64,000 bases of DNA from Candidatus Omnitrophota bacterium (lineage in GTDB: Bacteria > Omnitrophota > Gorgyraeia > 2-01-FULL-45-10): NCBI GenBank assembly GCA_030695905.1, contig JAUYOL010000004.1:2874-66873 (forward strand). The letters run 5' to 3'. This document shows positions 36,804 through 45,859 of this stretch, one piece after another. Position 1 is the first letter of the stretch; the number at the start of each line of letters is the position of its first letter. The position numbers were made by a program, and so were the translations under genes. The notes under the pieces are model-generated. The model saw only the letters and a program-made list of their open reading frames with translations. It searched no databases and had not been told where the DNA came from.

Positions 36804-38906
36804 ATGAACATATTACAGATATTACCATCACTGGAAGTTGGCGGGGTCGAGACCGGGACGATTGATCTGGCGAGGTACCTTGTAAAGAAATGCCACAAGG
36901 TGATCGTCATTTCGGGAGGCGGCCGGCTTGTAAGAGAGCTCGATAAGATGGGCGCGCGCCACTATACGTTACCGGTAGGGAAGAAGTCTATTTTTAATAT
37001 GATACGCATGGTTCGCGCGGTGGCCGATATCATAAAAAATGAAGATATCGATATCGTACATGTGCGCTCGCGCGTGCCGGCGCTTATAGCGTTTATAGCT
37101 TCCAGAATGACCAATCGTGTATTTATGACTACCGCTCATGGTTACTACAAAAAAAGTTTTATGAGTAGCGTAATGGGTTGGGGCAGATTCGTGATAGTGC
37201 CATCCAATATAATAGCTAAGCATATGGTAAGCGATTTTGGCGTGCCCCATGATCGCATACGTTTTATTCCCCGCGGCGTGGATCTGACAAGATTCAAATT
37301 CAGGAATCCTAAGACGCATTCCTCAAAGGGTTTTACCGTGGGGATGATATCAAGAATAACGCCTTTAAAAGGCCATGCCTATTTTATAAAAGCGATATCT
37401 CTTTTATATCGAAAGATCCCCAATCTTAAAGTTGTAATAGTAGGCAGCGCCCCAAAAGAAAAATACAAAGAGGACCTGGATCTGTTAGTAAGAAGGCTCG
37501 GCCTTGCAAATATTGTGCAGTTTGTGGGCGCCAAAGAAGATATCCCATCTGTAATGAAAGACCTGGATTGTCTTGTATCCGCTACAATCACCCCGGAAGC
37601 GTTCGGCAGGTCCATTGTGGAGGCACAGGCGTCCGGTGTACCGGTGGTTTCGACCAGAGTGGGCGGCGTTGTCGATATCATAGAGGATAATAAAACGGGC
37701 CTATTCTGTGACGCGCAGGACCCGCGCGATATGGCCGATAAGATATCGAGGCTTTACCAGGACAGAGCCTTATGGGAAGAGTTTGTGATCCAGGGCAGAA
37801 AGCGCGTGGAGGATAATTTTAATCTCGATCTTATGATGACCAAGACTATTAGCGTATATGAAGAAGCCTTGAAAAGTTTAAATATTCTGGTGATAAAATT
37901 AAGCGCGATAGGCGATGTTATATTAAGCACGCCTTCGCTTCGTTCAATACGCGCAAAACACAAGGACTCTGTGATAAAGGTTCTCGTTGGGCTCCAGGCC
38001 AAAGAAGTGTTGGATAGATGCCCGTATATAAATGACAGGATAATATGTGACTTTAAGGGCAAGAATAAAGGCTTTATTGGGCTATGGAGGTTGTCAGAGG
38101 AATTAAGGAAGGGCTGTTTTGATATAGTAATAGATCTGCAGAATAATAAAAAGAGCCACATACTTTCATTTTTGTCTATGGCGCCGCTTCGCTACGGTTA
38201 CGACAACGGAAAATTTTCTTTTCTATTGAACAAGAGGATAAAGGATGACGCGCCGTATCTGGATCCTATAGACCATCAGTTCAGGGTATTAAAGCTCGCG
38301 GGTATAAAACCTCTGGATAAACATCTGGAGATATGGCCTTCGCCTTCCGACGATGAAAAGGTAAGCGGTTTGCTCAATGAGAGCTGGATCAAATCAACGC
38401 AAAATATAGTAGGTATAAACGTGAGAGCCTCTTCGCGCTGGCTTTCTAAGAATTGGCCGGCTAAGTATATAGCCGAACTTTGTGACAGGCTCGCGAAAGA
38501 ATTCAACGTGCGCACAGTGCTTACAGGGACTAAGGATGATATCCCTTTCATAGAAAGGATAAGCCAGAACACTTCCTCGAAACCTATAGTGGCCGCAGGT
38601 AAGACAGGCATGCTTGAATTGGCGAGCCTTATAAAAAGATGCCGGGCTTATATAACGCCCGATTCCGCGCCTATGCACATCGCCTCGGCCGTAGGCACCC
38701 CATTTATAGGCTTGTTCGGCCCTACGGATCCGGCAAGGCATATAGCGCCATCAAAAAAATACGTAGTAATGAAGAAGGATCTAAAGTGCAGCCCATGCTA
38801 TAACCCGAACTGTTTGAAAAAAGTTAAATGCATGAAAGAGATAACGGTCGACGAGGTTTTTAAAGCTACCAAGGATATCTTAACCCAGAATGGCGCCGGA
38901 CAATGA
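36804..38906 (+). CDS. Bifunctional glycosyltransferase: N-terminal GT4 (GT-B, EX7E motif) fused to a C-terminal GT9 heptosyltransferase-like domain (700 aa)
   Basis: The N-terminal half has EAFGRSIVEAQASGVPVVSTRVGGVVDIIE, a GT4 EX7E region. The C-terminal half has ILVIKLSAIGDVILSTP and DSAPMHIASAVGTPFIGLFGPTDP, the GT9/WaaC-WaaF-WaaQ signatures. Confidence 0.8.
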   Translation: MNILQILPSLEVGGVETGTIDLARYLVKKCHKVIVISGGGRLVRELDKMGARHYTLPVGKKSIFNMIRMVRAVADIIKNEDIDIVHVRSRVPALIAFIASRMTNRVFMTTAHGYYKKSFMSSVMGWGRFVIVPSNIIAKHMVSDFGVPHDRIRFIPRGVDLTRFKFRNPKTHSSKGFTVGMISRITPLKGHAYFIKAISLLYRKIPNLKVVIVGSAPKEKYKEDLDLLVRRLGLANIVQFVGAKEDIPSVMKDLDCLVSATITPEAFGRSIVEAQASGVPVVSTRVGGVVDIIEDNKTGLFCDAQDPRDMADKISRLYQDRALWEEFVIQGRKRVEDNFNLDLMMTKTISVYEEALKSLNILVIKLSAIGDVILSTPSLRSIRAKHKDSVIKVLVGLQAKEVLDRCPYINDRIICDFKGKNKGFIGLWRLSEELRKGCFDIVIDLQNNKKSHILSFLSMAPLRYGYDNGKFSFLLNKRIKDDAPYLDPIDHQFRVLKLAGIKPLDKHLEIWPSPSDDEKVSGLLNESWIKSTQNIVGINVRASSRWLSKNWPAKYIAELCDRLAKEFNVRTVLTGTKDDIPFIERISQNTSSKPIVAAGKTGMLELASLIKRCRAYITPDSAPMHIASAVGTPFIGLFGPTDPARHIAPSKKYVVMKKDLKCSPCYNPNCLKKVKCMKEITVDEVFKATKDILTQNGAGQ

Positions 38907-40012
38907 AAGTACTGCATGTAAATACGCACATGAATATAGGCGGTATCGGCCGGTATATACTTTCATTGTGCAATGCGATGAAGAAGATGGGGATAGATTG
39001 TTCCGTTGCCTCAAGCGGAGGCAACCTGGAAGATGAGTTAAAAGAAAACGGTATAAAGCATAAGTACATAGGTATAAAGACAAAATTTGAATTTGGCCCG
39101 AAAGTTTTTAGCGCGGTATCGCCTTTAGCTAATATAATTATGGAGGAAGGCGTAAATTTGGTCCATGCGCACACAAGGGTTTCGCAAGTTGTCTCTTTCC
39201 TGGCATCACGTAAAGCAGAGGCTCATTATGTATCGACGTGCCATGGTTTTTTTAAACCCAAATTATCGAGAAAACTGTTTGATACATGGGGAGAGAGAGT
39301 AGTCGCGATAAGTGAGCCTGTAAAGGCCCATCTGGAAAGAGATTTTGGTATAAATTCAGAACGCATAGGGCTTATACATAACGGAGTCGATATGGATAAA
39401 TTCTCGAAAAATTTTTCGAACGACGAAATATCCAAACTAAAAAGATCAATAACGCTTAAAGAAGGCCCTGTAGTGGGGACTATTGGCAGGCTCTCCTCTG
39501 TTAAAGGCCAGAAATTTCTTATTGAGGCGATGAAGAACGTGATTTCTAAAAATAATCTGGCGCAATGTCTTATCATAGGTGAGGGGCCGGAAGAAGATGA
39601 ATTGAAAAAGTTGGCCGTTGATTTGGGCATAGAAAATAACGTAAAATTCGCGGGCCCTATCTATAAAGACGCTAATATGTATCTTGCATGCATGGATGTA
39701 TTTGTGCTGCCTTCGATAAAAGAGGGGCTGGGCCTTGCGCTGCTCGAGGCGATGGCCGCCGCAAGACCGTGCGTAGCATCAGATATAGGCGGAATAAGGG
39801 ATATAGTTAAGGACAGGGATAATGGCATGCTCGTCCCTGTGGCCGATATCAGCGCGATGGCAGATTCTATATCGAAACTTTTGAGTGATAAGGCCGCCGC
39901 GATGCGGCTTGGGCAAAATGGAAGAGAGTTTGTGAAAGAAAATTTCTCAATTACCGTTATGGCTGAAAAGATGAGCAGGCTCTACAGGGAGGTAGTAAGT
40001 GGCAAACAGTAA
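38903..40012 (+). CDS. GT4-family glycosyltransferase (369 aa)
   Basis: GT-B fold with an EX7E region (EGLGLALLEAMAAARPCVASDIGGIRDIV). It overlaps the upstream gene as ATGA. Confidence 0.8.
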   Translation: MKVLHVNTHMNIGGIGRYILSLCNAMKKMGIDCSVASSGGNLEDELKENGIKHKYIGIKTKFEFGPKVFSAVSPLANIIMEEGVNLVHAHTRVSQVVSFLASRKAEAHYVSTCHGFFKPKLSRKLFDTWGERVVAISEPVKAHLERDFGINSERIGLIHNGVDMDKFSKNFSNDEISKLKRSITLKEGPVVGTIGRLSSVKGQKFLIEAMKNVISKNNLAQCLIIGEGPEEDELKKLAVDLGIENNVKFAGPIYKDANMYLACMDVFVLPSIKEGLGLALLEAMAAARPCVASDIGGIRDIVKDRDNGMLVPVADISAMADSISKLLSDKAAAMRLGQNGREFVKENFSITVMAEKMSRLYREVVSGKQ

Positions 40013-40793
40013 GAAGCGCATATTATTAGTTGCCGCTACTACAATAGCAGTCCTGTTAATTGCCTCGATAGGTTATGTTGATGTAAAATCTTCCTCGGTC
40101 GTTCCGATATTAATGTACCATTCTTTTGAGGTTGAGGATCCCGGAACCACGCCCAATGTTACGCCCGAAATATTCCGTAAGCAGATAGAGTTTTTTGTTA
40201 AACATAAATATAATATAGTAGGTCTGGACAAGGTTGTAGTTTATATGACAAAAAAAGAAAAGATGCCTTCAAGGGCAGTCGCTATAACAGTTGATGACGG
40301 CTTGCGCAGTTTTTATAAAAATGCTTATCCTATATTAAAAGAGTACGGTGTGCATGCCGCGCTCTTTATGGCTGCGGATCGCGTAGGAGAGCCGGGTTAT
40401 ATGAGCTGGAAAGAGTTGCGCGAAGTCTCCGATTCAGGCTTAGTTATGGTTGAAAGCCACACGGCGTCGCATCCATGGCTTCCGACTATTTCTGTTGATG
40501 AAAAAAAACTGCATGAAGAAATTATAGGCTCTAAGGAGATTTTTGAGTACGGGCTACGAAAAAAAGTGGACTATATATGTTATCCTAACGGCGGATTCAA
40601 TGACCTGGTAAAGGAGACGGCAAGATTGGCAGGGTACGAGGGTGCCTTTACAACCAATCCGGATAAGAAAAGCGCGATCAATGATATATACGCGATAAGA
40701 CGGCTTAAGATGTCATCGTCGTCCAGGACCCCTCTGGTGATTTGGGGCAAGGTAAACAGATTTTATGCTTGGTGGAAGGAGACCAGATGGTAG
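39999..40793 (+). CDS. Polysaccharide deacetylase (CE4 / NodB homology domain) with N-terminal TM anchor
   Basis: Has the NodB motifs TVDDG, a catalytic His/Asp pattern (ESHTASHP) and YPNGGFN. An N-terminal TM is present. Confidence 0.75.
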   Translation: MANSKKRILLVAATTIAVLLIASIGYVDVKSSSVVPILMYHSFEVEDPGTTPNVTPEIFRKQIEFFVKHKYNIVGLDKVVVYMTKKEKMPSRAVAITVDDGLRSFYKNAYPILKEYGVHAALFMAADRVGEPGYMSWKELREVSDSGLVMVESHTASHPWLPTISVDEKKLHEEIIGSKEIFEYGLRKKVDYICYPNGGFNDLVKETARLAGYEGAFTTNPDKKSAINDIYAIRRLKMSSSSRTPLVIWGKVNRFYAWWKETRW

Positions 40794-41812
40794 GCGGTAG
40801 TAAAAAAATACTTATAGTAAACGTGAACTGGATAGGGGACGTAATATTTTCGACTCCGTTTATAAAGACCATCCGCGACGCCTATCCGGATAGCTATATA
40901 GCCTGCCTTTTACATCCGCGCTGTATCGATGTGTTGAAAGACAACCCGCGTATCGACGAGATAATAATCTACGATGAAGAAGGCGCGCACAAAGGCCTTA
41001 TCGGTAAATTAAAATTAATAGCTTACTTAAGAAAGAAGAGATTTGATATAGCGTTTATACTGCACAGGTCATTTACAAAAGCGCTTATAACGTTTTTAGC
41101 TGCGGTTAAAGAGCGGGTAGGATATCCTACCAAGAAGCGCGGCATGTTTTTAACTAAACTTGTGGAGATTTCGGATGAAGAGATCCACAAGGTAGAGTAT
41201 TTTCTTAATTTAGCCAGAGCATACGGGATAGCGGTAGGCGATGTCGCGTATGAATTTTTCGTAAAACAGTCAGACCGGCAAAAGATAAAGCAGTTTTTAA
41301 ATGAAAATGGTATAGGCGATAAAGATCTTCTAATAGTGCTTTGCCCGGGCGGTAACTGGAATCCTAAAAGGTGGCCAAGGGAAAATTTCGCGCAATTAGC
41401 CGATATATTTATAGAAAGACTTAACGCGAAGGTGGTAATATCCGGAGCGAAAAAGGATATCGCGCTGGCAGAAGATATAGGAAGATCAATGAAGAATAGG
41501 CCGGTCATTTCCTGCGGCAAAACAGATTTAAAAGGGCTGGGAGCTTTGATGGAGCGCGCAAACCTGGTAGTGGCAAATGATACGGGTCCTATGCACATTG
41601 CCGTAGCGATGAAAAGTAATGTTATAGCGTTATTCGGGCCGACATCCGCTGGGCTTACGGGCCCTTACGGGAAGGGCAGTTATAACGTAATCTCGAAAAA
41701 CGAAGAATGCGACGTCCCTTGTTATGATATGACATGCACAGATAACCGTTGTATGGCGCTTATAAAACCGGAAGACGTGTTTAAGGAAGCCCTAAAATTA
41801 ATTAAACCATGA
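40787..41812 (+). CDS. GT9 ADP-heptose:LPS heptosyltransferase family protein (paralog 1; start at ATG 40787 after GGAAGGAG)
   Basis: Has ILIVNVNWIGDVIFSTP and NDTGPMHIAVAMKSNVIALFGPT motifs. Confidence 0.85.
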   Translation: MVGGSKKILIVNVNWIGDVIFSTPFIKTIRDAYPDSYIACLLHPRCIDVLKDNPRIDEIIIYDEEGAHKGLIGKLKLIAYLRKKRFDIAFILHRSFTKALITFLAAVKERVGYPTKKRGMFLTKLVEISDEEIHKVEYFLNLARAYGIAVGDVAYEFFVKQSDRQKIKQFLNENGIGDKDLLIVLCPGGNWNPKRWPRENFAQLADIFIERLNAKVVISGAKKDIALAEDIGRSMKNRPVISCGKTDLKGLGALMERANLVVANDTGPMHIAVAMKSNVIALFGPTSAGLTGPYGKGSYNVISKNEECDVPCYDMTCTDNRCMALIKPEDVFKEALKLIKP

Positions 41813-42786
41813 AAATAGATAAAGATCAGATAAAGCGAATACTCGTTATAACTTTGAGCAACATAGGCGATATTATTCTTACCACGCCTGTTATAAGGAC
41901 GCTTTCAAAAGAGTTTCCATCTTCAAGAATAGATGTGATGGTAGGGCCAAATGGCAGAGATATTTTTAATAAGGATCCGCGGATCTTTAAGCTGGTCATA
42001 TATGATAAGCATATATCTATAGTCGAAAAGAGAAGGCTGCAGTTAAAATTAAAGAGGTTAAAATATGATCTCGTAGTCGATCTAAAGAATACGGCCTTTC
42101 CTATTTTGCTGATGCCAAAGTATAGAACCAGCTCTATGCAGACATTTCCCAAAAGCATTATCCATAAAAAAGAAAAACACCTGTATAGGCTTCACCCGCT
42201 TGGGATGCAGAATATCAAGGAAGATTCATATATTTACATTCCGCAAGAGGATGAAAGATATGTGCAGAACCTGCTGGCGGAGTGTAATATATCCGATCCT
42301 ATAGTTGTTATCAATCCGGGCGCTAAGAGCCACCTTAAAAGATGGACGGCCGAGGGATTTGCCAGTGTCGCGGATAGGCTGGCCAGCGAAAGCAGTGCGA
42401 GCATTGTCTTCATAGGCATGGGAGAAGACGGCGGGGTTGTTAGCGAAGTAACTAGAAGGATGAAGGGCAAATTTTATAACTTTACGAACAAGACCAATAT
42501 AAGGCAGTTGGCGGCATTATTGAAAAGAGCGAAATTGCTGATAACAAACGATAGTGCGCCATTACATCTGGGTTGCACTATGGGAACAAGGGTATTGGCC
42601 ATATTCGGCCCAACCGATCCTAAAAAATACGGCCCAACGGGAGAGCTTGACGCGGTTATCAATAAAAAGTTGTTTTGTTCCCCCTGCGAAAGTGCTGTAT
42701 GTAAGTATAATCACGAATGTATGAAACTGATTTCGCCGGACGAGGTCTATGACTTTGCAAAGATGATGGTGGAAGGATATGAGTAA
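41809..42786 (+). CDS. GT9 heptosyltransferase family protein (paralog 2)
   Basis: Has ILVITLSNIGDIILTTP and NDSAPLHLGCTMGTRVLAIFGPTDP motifs. It overlaps the upstream gene as ATGA. Confidence 0.85.
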   Translation: MKIDKDQIKRILVITLSNIGDIILTTPVIRTLSKEFPSSRIDVMVGPNGRDIFNKDPRIFKLVIYDKHISIVEKRRLQLKLKRLKYDLVVDLKNTAFPILLMPKYRTSSMQTFPKSIIHKKEKHLYRLHPLGMQNIKEDSYIYIPQEDERYVQNLLAECNISDPIVVINPGAKSHLKRWTAEGFASVADRLASESSASIVFIGMGEDGGVVSEVTRRMKGKFYNFTNKTNIRQLAALLKRAKLLITNDSAPLHLGCTMGTRVLAIFGPTDPKKYGPTGELDAVINKKLFCSPCESAVCKYNHECMKLISPDEVYDFAKMMVEGYE

Positions 42787-43840
42787 AATCCCAAATCCCA
42801 AATCCCAAATTACAAAGTACAAAAAAATTCTTATTGTCAGGACGGATAAGATAGGGGACCTTGTTCTATCCACACCTGTTATAAAGGCCGTGCGCGACGC
42901 GTATCCGGATAGCTACATAGCGGCGGTCGTCAGGCCTTACGCGCATGAAGTAATTAAGGGCAATCCGTATCTAAACGAGGTTATAACATATGAGAAGTCA
43001 AAAAAAGGCATGAGCATCTTAAGTGACCTCAAATTTATATTAGGGTTAAGAAAAAAGAAATTCGATCTGGCGTTTATACTTCACCCAAAAAACAGGACGC
43101 ACATAATAATGTTTCTGGCCGGAATTCCCAAAAGGATAGGCTACGACAAAAAGCTTGGGATTCTTTTGACGAAGAGGATCCCGCATCTGAAGGAATATGG
43201 GCTGAAACACGAAATAGACTATACGCTCGATATAGTGCGTTATGCGGGTATTGAACCAAAAGAGAAGACCCTGCATGTGACCGCGGATGGGGCCGCAGAA
43301 AAAAAAGTGGACGATATTTTTGCCAAGAGCGGCATATCCAAGGACAATATGGTGATAGCGGTACATCCCGGCGCAAGTTGTCTTTCAAAAAAATGGAAAG
43401 TAGAGCGTTTTGCGAAGGTAGCGGATTCACTCGCCGAAAAGTATAATGCGAAGATTGTTATAATAGCAGGGTCTGTGGACAAAAAACTTGGAGACAGGAC
43501 GGCGGAGCTGATGATTTCCGGCAATGTGAACCTGTCGGGCAAGACCACCGTATCGGATGTCGTAAGCGTGTTAAAGCGTTCGAACCTATTTATATCGAAT
43601 GATTCAGGCCCAGTACATATAGCCTGCGCTGTGGGAACGCCGACAATATCTATATTCGGACGAAATGACAGAGGGCTTTCGCCGCAGCGCTGGAGGCCCA
43701 TAGGCAAGAAAGACATAGCTTTGCATAAGGATGTCGGATGCAAATTATGCCTTGCCCATAACTGCAAGCGCGGCTTCGCGTGCCTGGAAGCTATAAGCGT
43801 AGATGACGTGCTTGCCGCCGCGCAAACAATATTGCGTTGA
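42779..43840 (+). CDS. GT9 heptosyltransferase family protein (paralog 3). A 7-nt x3 tandem repeat sits at its 5' end.
   Basis: Has ILIVRTDKIGDLVLSTP and NDSGPVHIACAVGTPTISIFG motifs. The N-terminal codons KIPNPKSQI are encoded by (AAATCCC)x3. Confidence 0.85.
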   Translation: MSKIPNPKSQITKYKKILIVRTDKIGDLVLSTPVIKAVRDAYPDSYIAAVVRPYAHEVIKGNPYLNEVITYEKSKKGMSILSDLKFILGLRKKKFDLAFILHPKNRTHIIMFLAGIPKRIGYDKKLGILLTKRIPHLKEYGLKHEIDYTLDIVRYAGIEPKEKTLHVTADGAAEKKVDDIFAKSGISKDNMVIAVHPGASCLSKKWKVERFAKVADSLAEKYNAKIVIIAGSVDKKLGDRTAELMISGNVNLSGKTTVSDVVSVLKRSNLFISNDSGPVHIACAVGTPTISIFGRNDRGLSPQRWRPIGKKDIALHKDVGCKLCLAHNCKRGFACLEAISVDDVLAAAQTILR

Positions 43841-43881
43841 CGAGGCTCGACGCCTTGTGATAAGATATTGATTCTTTAAGG

Positions 43882-44826
43882 ATGTATTTAATGCAAAAGA
43901 GAGTAGACCTATCCAAAATAAGGACCATACGCCTTGATACTCGCAAGTGCAAGGTGTCCGTGAAGGACTTTGCGCACCTTGTAAAAAAGGGGTCGAGTTT
44001 TAAAGATTTTTACAATTCATTGCCCGCTATTCTCGCCGCCAATAATTTTAAAACTGTAGTAGACGATATCATTGCCGCCCACAAAAAGAAGAAGATGGTT
44101 ATATTTATGATGGGCGCGCATGTAATAAAGTGCGGCCTGTCGCCGTTGGTCATAGACCTGATGAAGCGTGGTGTTGTAAGAGCAGTCGCGTTAAATGGAG
44201 CCGGCATAATACATGATACCGAGGTCGCTATGATAGGCAGGACGAGCGAAGATGTCGGTGAGGGCATAGTTGACGGCTCGTTCGGCATGGCGGAAGATAC
44301 AGCTTCGTTTATCAACGGCTCGATAAACTATGGGTTTAGAAACGGCGTTGGTATAGGAGAGGCCCTTGGCAGCCGAATATTGAAGTCAAAATTTTCGTGC
44401 AAAGGTTTAAGCATTTTGGCGGAAGGTTACAGATTAGGCATACCGGTAACGGCTCATGTAGCGATAGGAACAGACATAATACACCAGCATCCCAGTGCGG
44501 TAGGGATGGCTATAGGAGAGGGGTCGCTTCTTGACTTCAAAAACTTTATCTACAGCGTTTCAAAGCTTGATGGAGGCGTGGCCGCCAATATCGGTTCGGC
44601 CGTGATTTTACCCGAAGTATTCTTAAAAGCGGTAACAGTCGCCAGAAATTTAGGATACAAGGTAGATAAATTTACGACGGCAAGTTTTGATATGATTAGC
44701 CAGTACAGGGTGCATCAGAATGTCATATCCAGGCCGACATCAAAGGGCGGCAAAGGGTACAGCATTATAGGGCATCATGAAATAATGATTCCGCTGCTTC
44801 ACAGATCGATAATAGAAAAGATATAA
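43882..44826 (+). CDS. Deoxyhypusine synthase-like family protein (314 aa), function unknown in this context
   Basis: [42 protein letters not shown] aligns by eye with eukaryotic DHS [55 protein letters not shown] resembles HNIPVFSPALTDG. The similarity is recalled and unverified. Confidence 0.4.
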   Translation: [314 protein letters not shown]

Positions 44827-44830
44827 AATT

Positions 44831-45838
44831 ATGGAAAAACAGAATTTCAACAAGCTGAAACAGATAGTATCAAATTTTAAGGACGCGAACGTTCTGGTCA
44901 TAGGCGACCTTATTCTTGACGAATTTATATGGGGAGACGTTTCCCGCATATCTCCCGAAGCGCCTGTGCCGGTGGTGTGGGTCAGACGTGAAAGTTTCAT
45001 GCCCGGAGGGGCGTCAAATGTCGCGAATAATTTGAGAAGTTTGGGTGCGCACACCTTCATAGCCGGAGTGATCGGCGATGATGAAAGGGGCGCTATACTC
45101 AAGGGAGAGCTTGAGCAGAAAGGCATCGATACCGGCGGTATAGTCGTGGATGAGTCCAGGCCGACCACTCTAAAGACGCGCGTTGTCGCCCATCACCAGC
45201 AGGTTGTTAGAATAGATAAGGAGAAAAAGGACGCGTTAAGCGACGTGATGATATCGCGTATCATCGATTATACTAAAAAGATAATAGACAGTATAGACGC
45301 GGTTATAATCGAGGACTATGGCAAAGGAGTCATAACTCCTAAGCTGCTGAAGAGTATAGTGCCGTTAGCCAGATCGCGAAAAAAGATAATATCTGTCGAC
45401 CCCAAAGAGGAACATCTGAAATATTATCAGGGGATAAGCCTTATCACTCCGAATAATCATGAGGCGTCCAAGGCCGTTGGCTTTGAAATAAAAGATAACG
45501 CGACATTAAAAAAGGCCGGTGAGGCCATGCTCAAAAAATTCAAATGCAAAATAGCCCTGATAACACTGGGCGAGAATGGTATGGCGGTTTTTCAGAAGGA
45601 TAAACCTATGAAGCATATACCTACGGTGGCGCAGGAAGTATTCGATGTGTCCGGCGCGGGAGATACAGTGATAGCCTCTTATACGCTTGCGCTCGCGTCC
45701 GGAGCGAGTCCTGTGCAGGCGGCGCATATTTCTAACTGCGCGGGCGGCATTGTTGTCGGCAAGGTAGGTATCGCGGTTGTAACGCCGGATGAATTGATAG
45801 ATAGAGTAAGAAAAGAATCCGGAATAATAAATAATTAA
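44831..45838 (+). CDS. hldA: D-glycero-beta-D-manno-heptose-7-phosphate kinase (HldE domain I only; PfkB carbohydrate kinase)
   Basis: Has VLVIGDLILDEFIWGDVSRISPEAPVPVV and DVSGAGDTVIA (PfkB signature 2). There is no C-terminal cytidylyltransferase-like domain II. Confidence 0.85.
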   Translation: MEKQNFNKLKQIVSNFKDANVLVIGDLILDEFIWGDVSRISPEAPVPVVWVRRESFMPGGASNVANNLRSLGAHTFIAGVIGDDERGAILKGELEQKGIDTGGIVVDESRPTTLKTRVVAHHQQVVRIDKEKKDALSDVMISRIIDYTKKIIDSIDAVIIEDYGKGVITPKLLKSIVPLARSRKKIISVDPKEEHLKYYQGISLITPNNHEASKAVGFEIKDNATLKKAGEAMLKKFKCKIALITLGENGMAVFQKDKPMKHIPTVAQEVFDVSGAGDTVIASYTLALASGASPVQAAHISNCAGGIVVGKVGIAVVTPDELIDRVRKESGIINN

Positions 45839-45859
45839 AAATCGGAGGAGTCAGTAAAA

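Noticed and set aside
42786-42810. Short tandem repeat considered as a possible CRISPR or minisatellite
   Set aside because: It has only three 7-nt units, no spacers and no cas genes, so it is not a CRISPR array. It is kept only as a possible slippage site.
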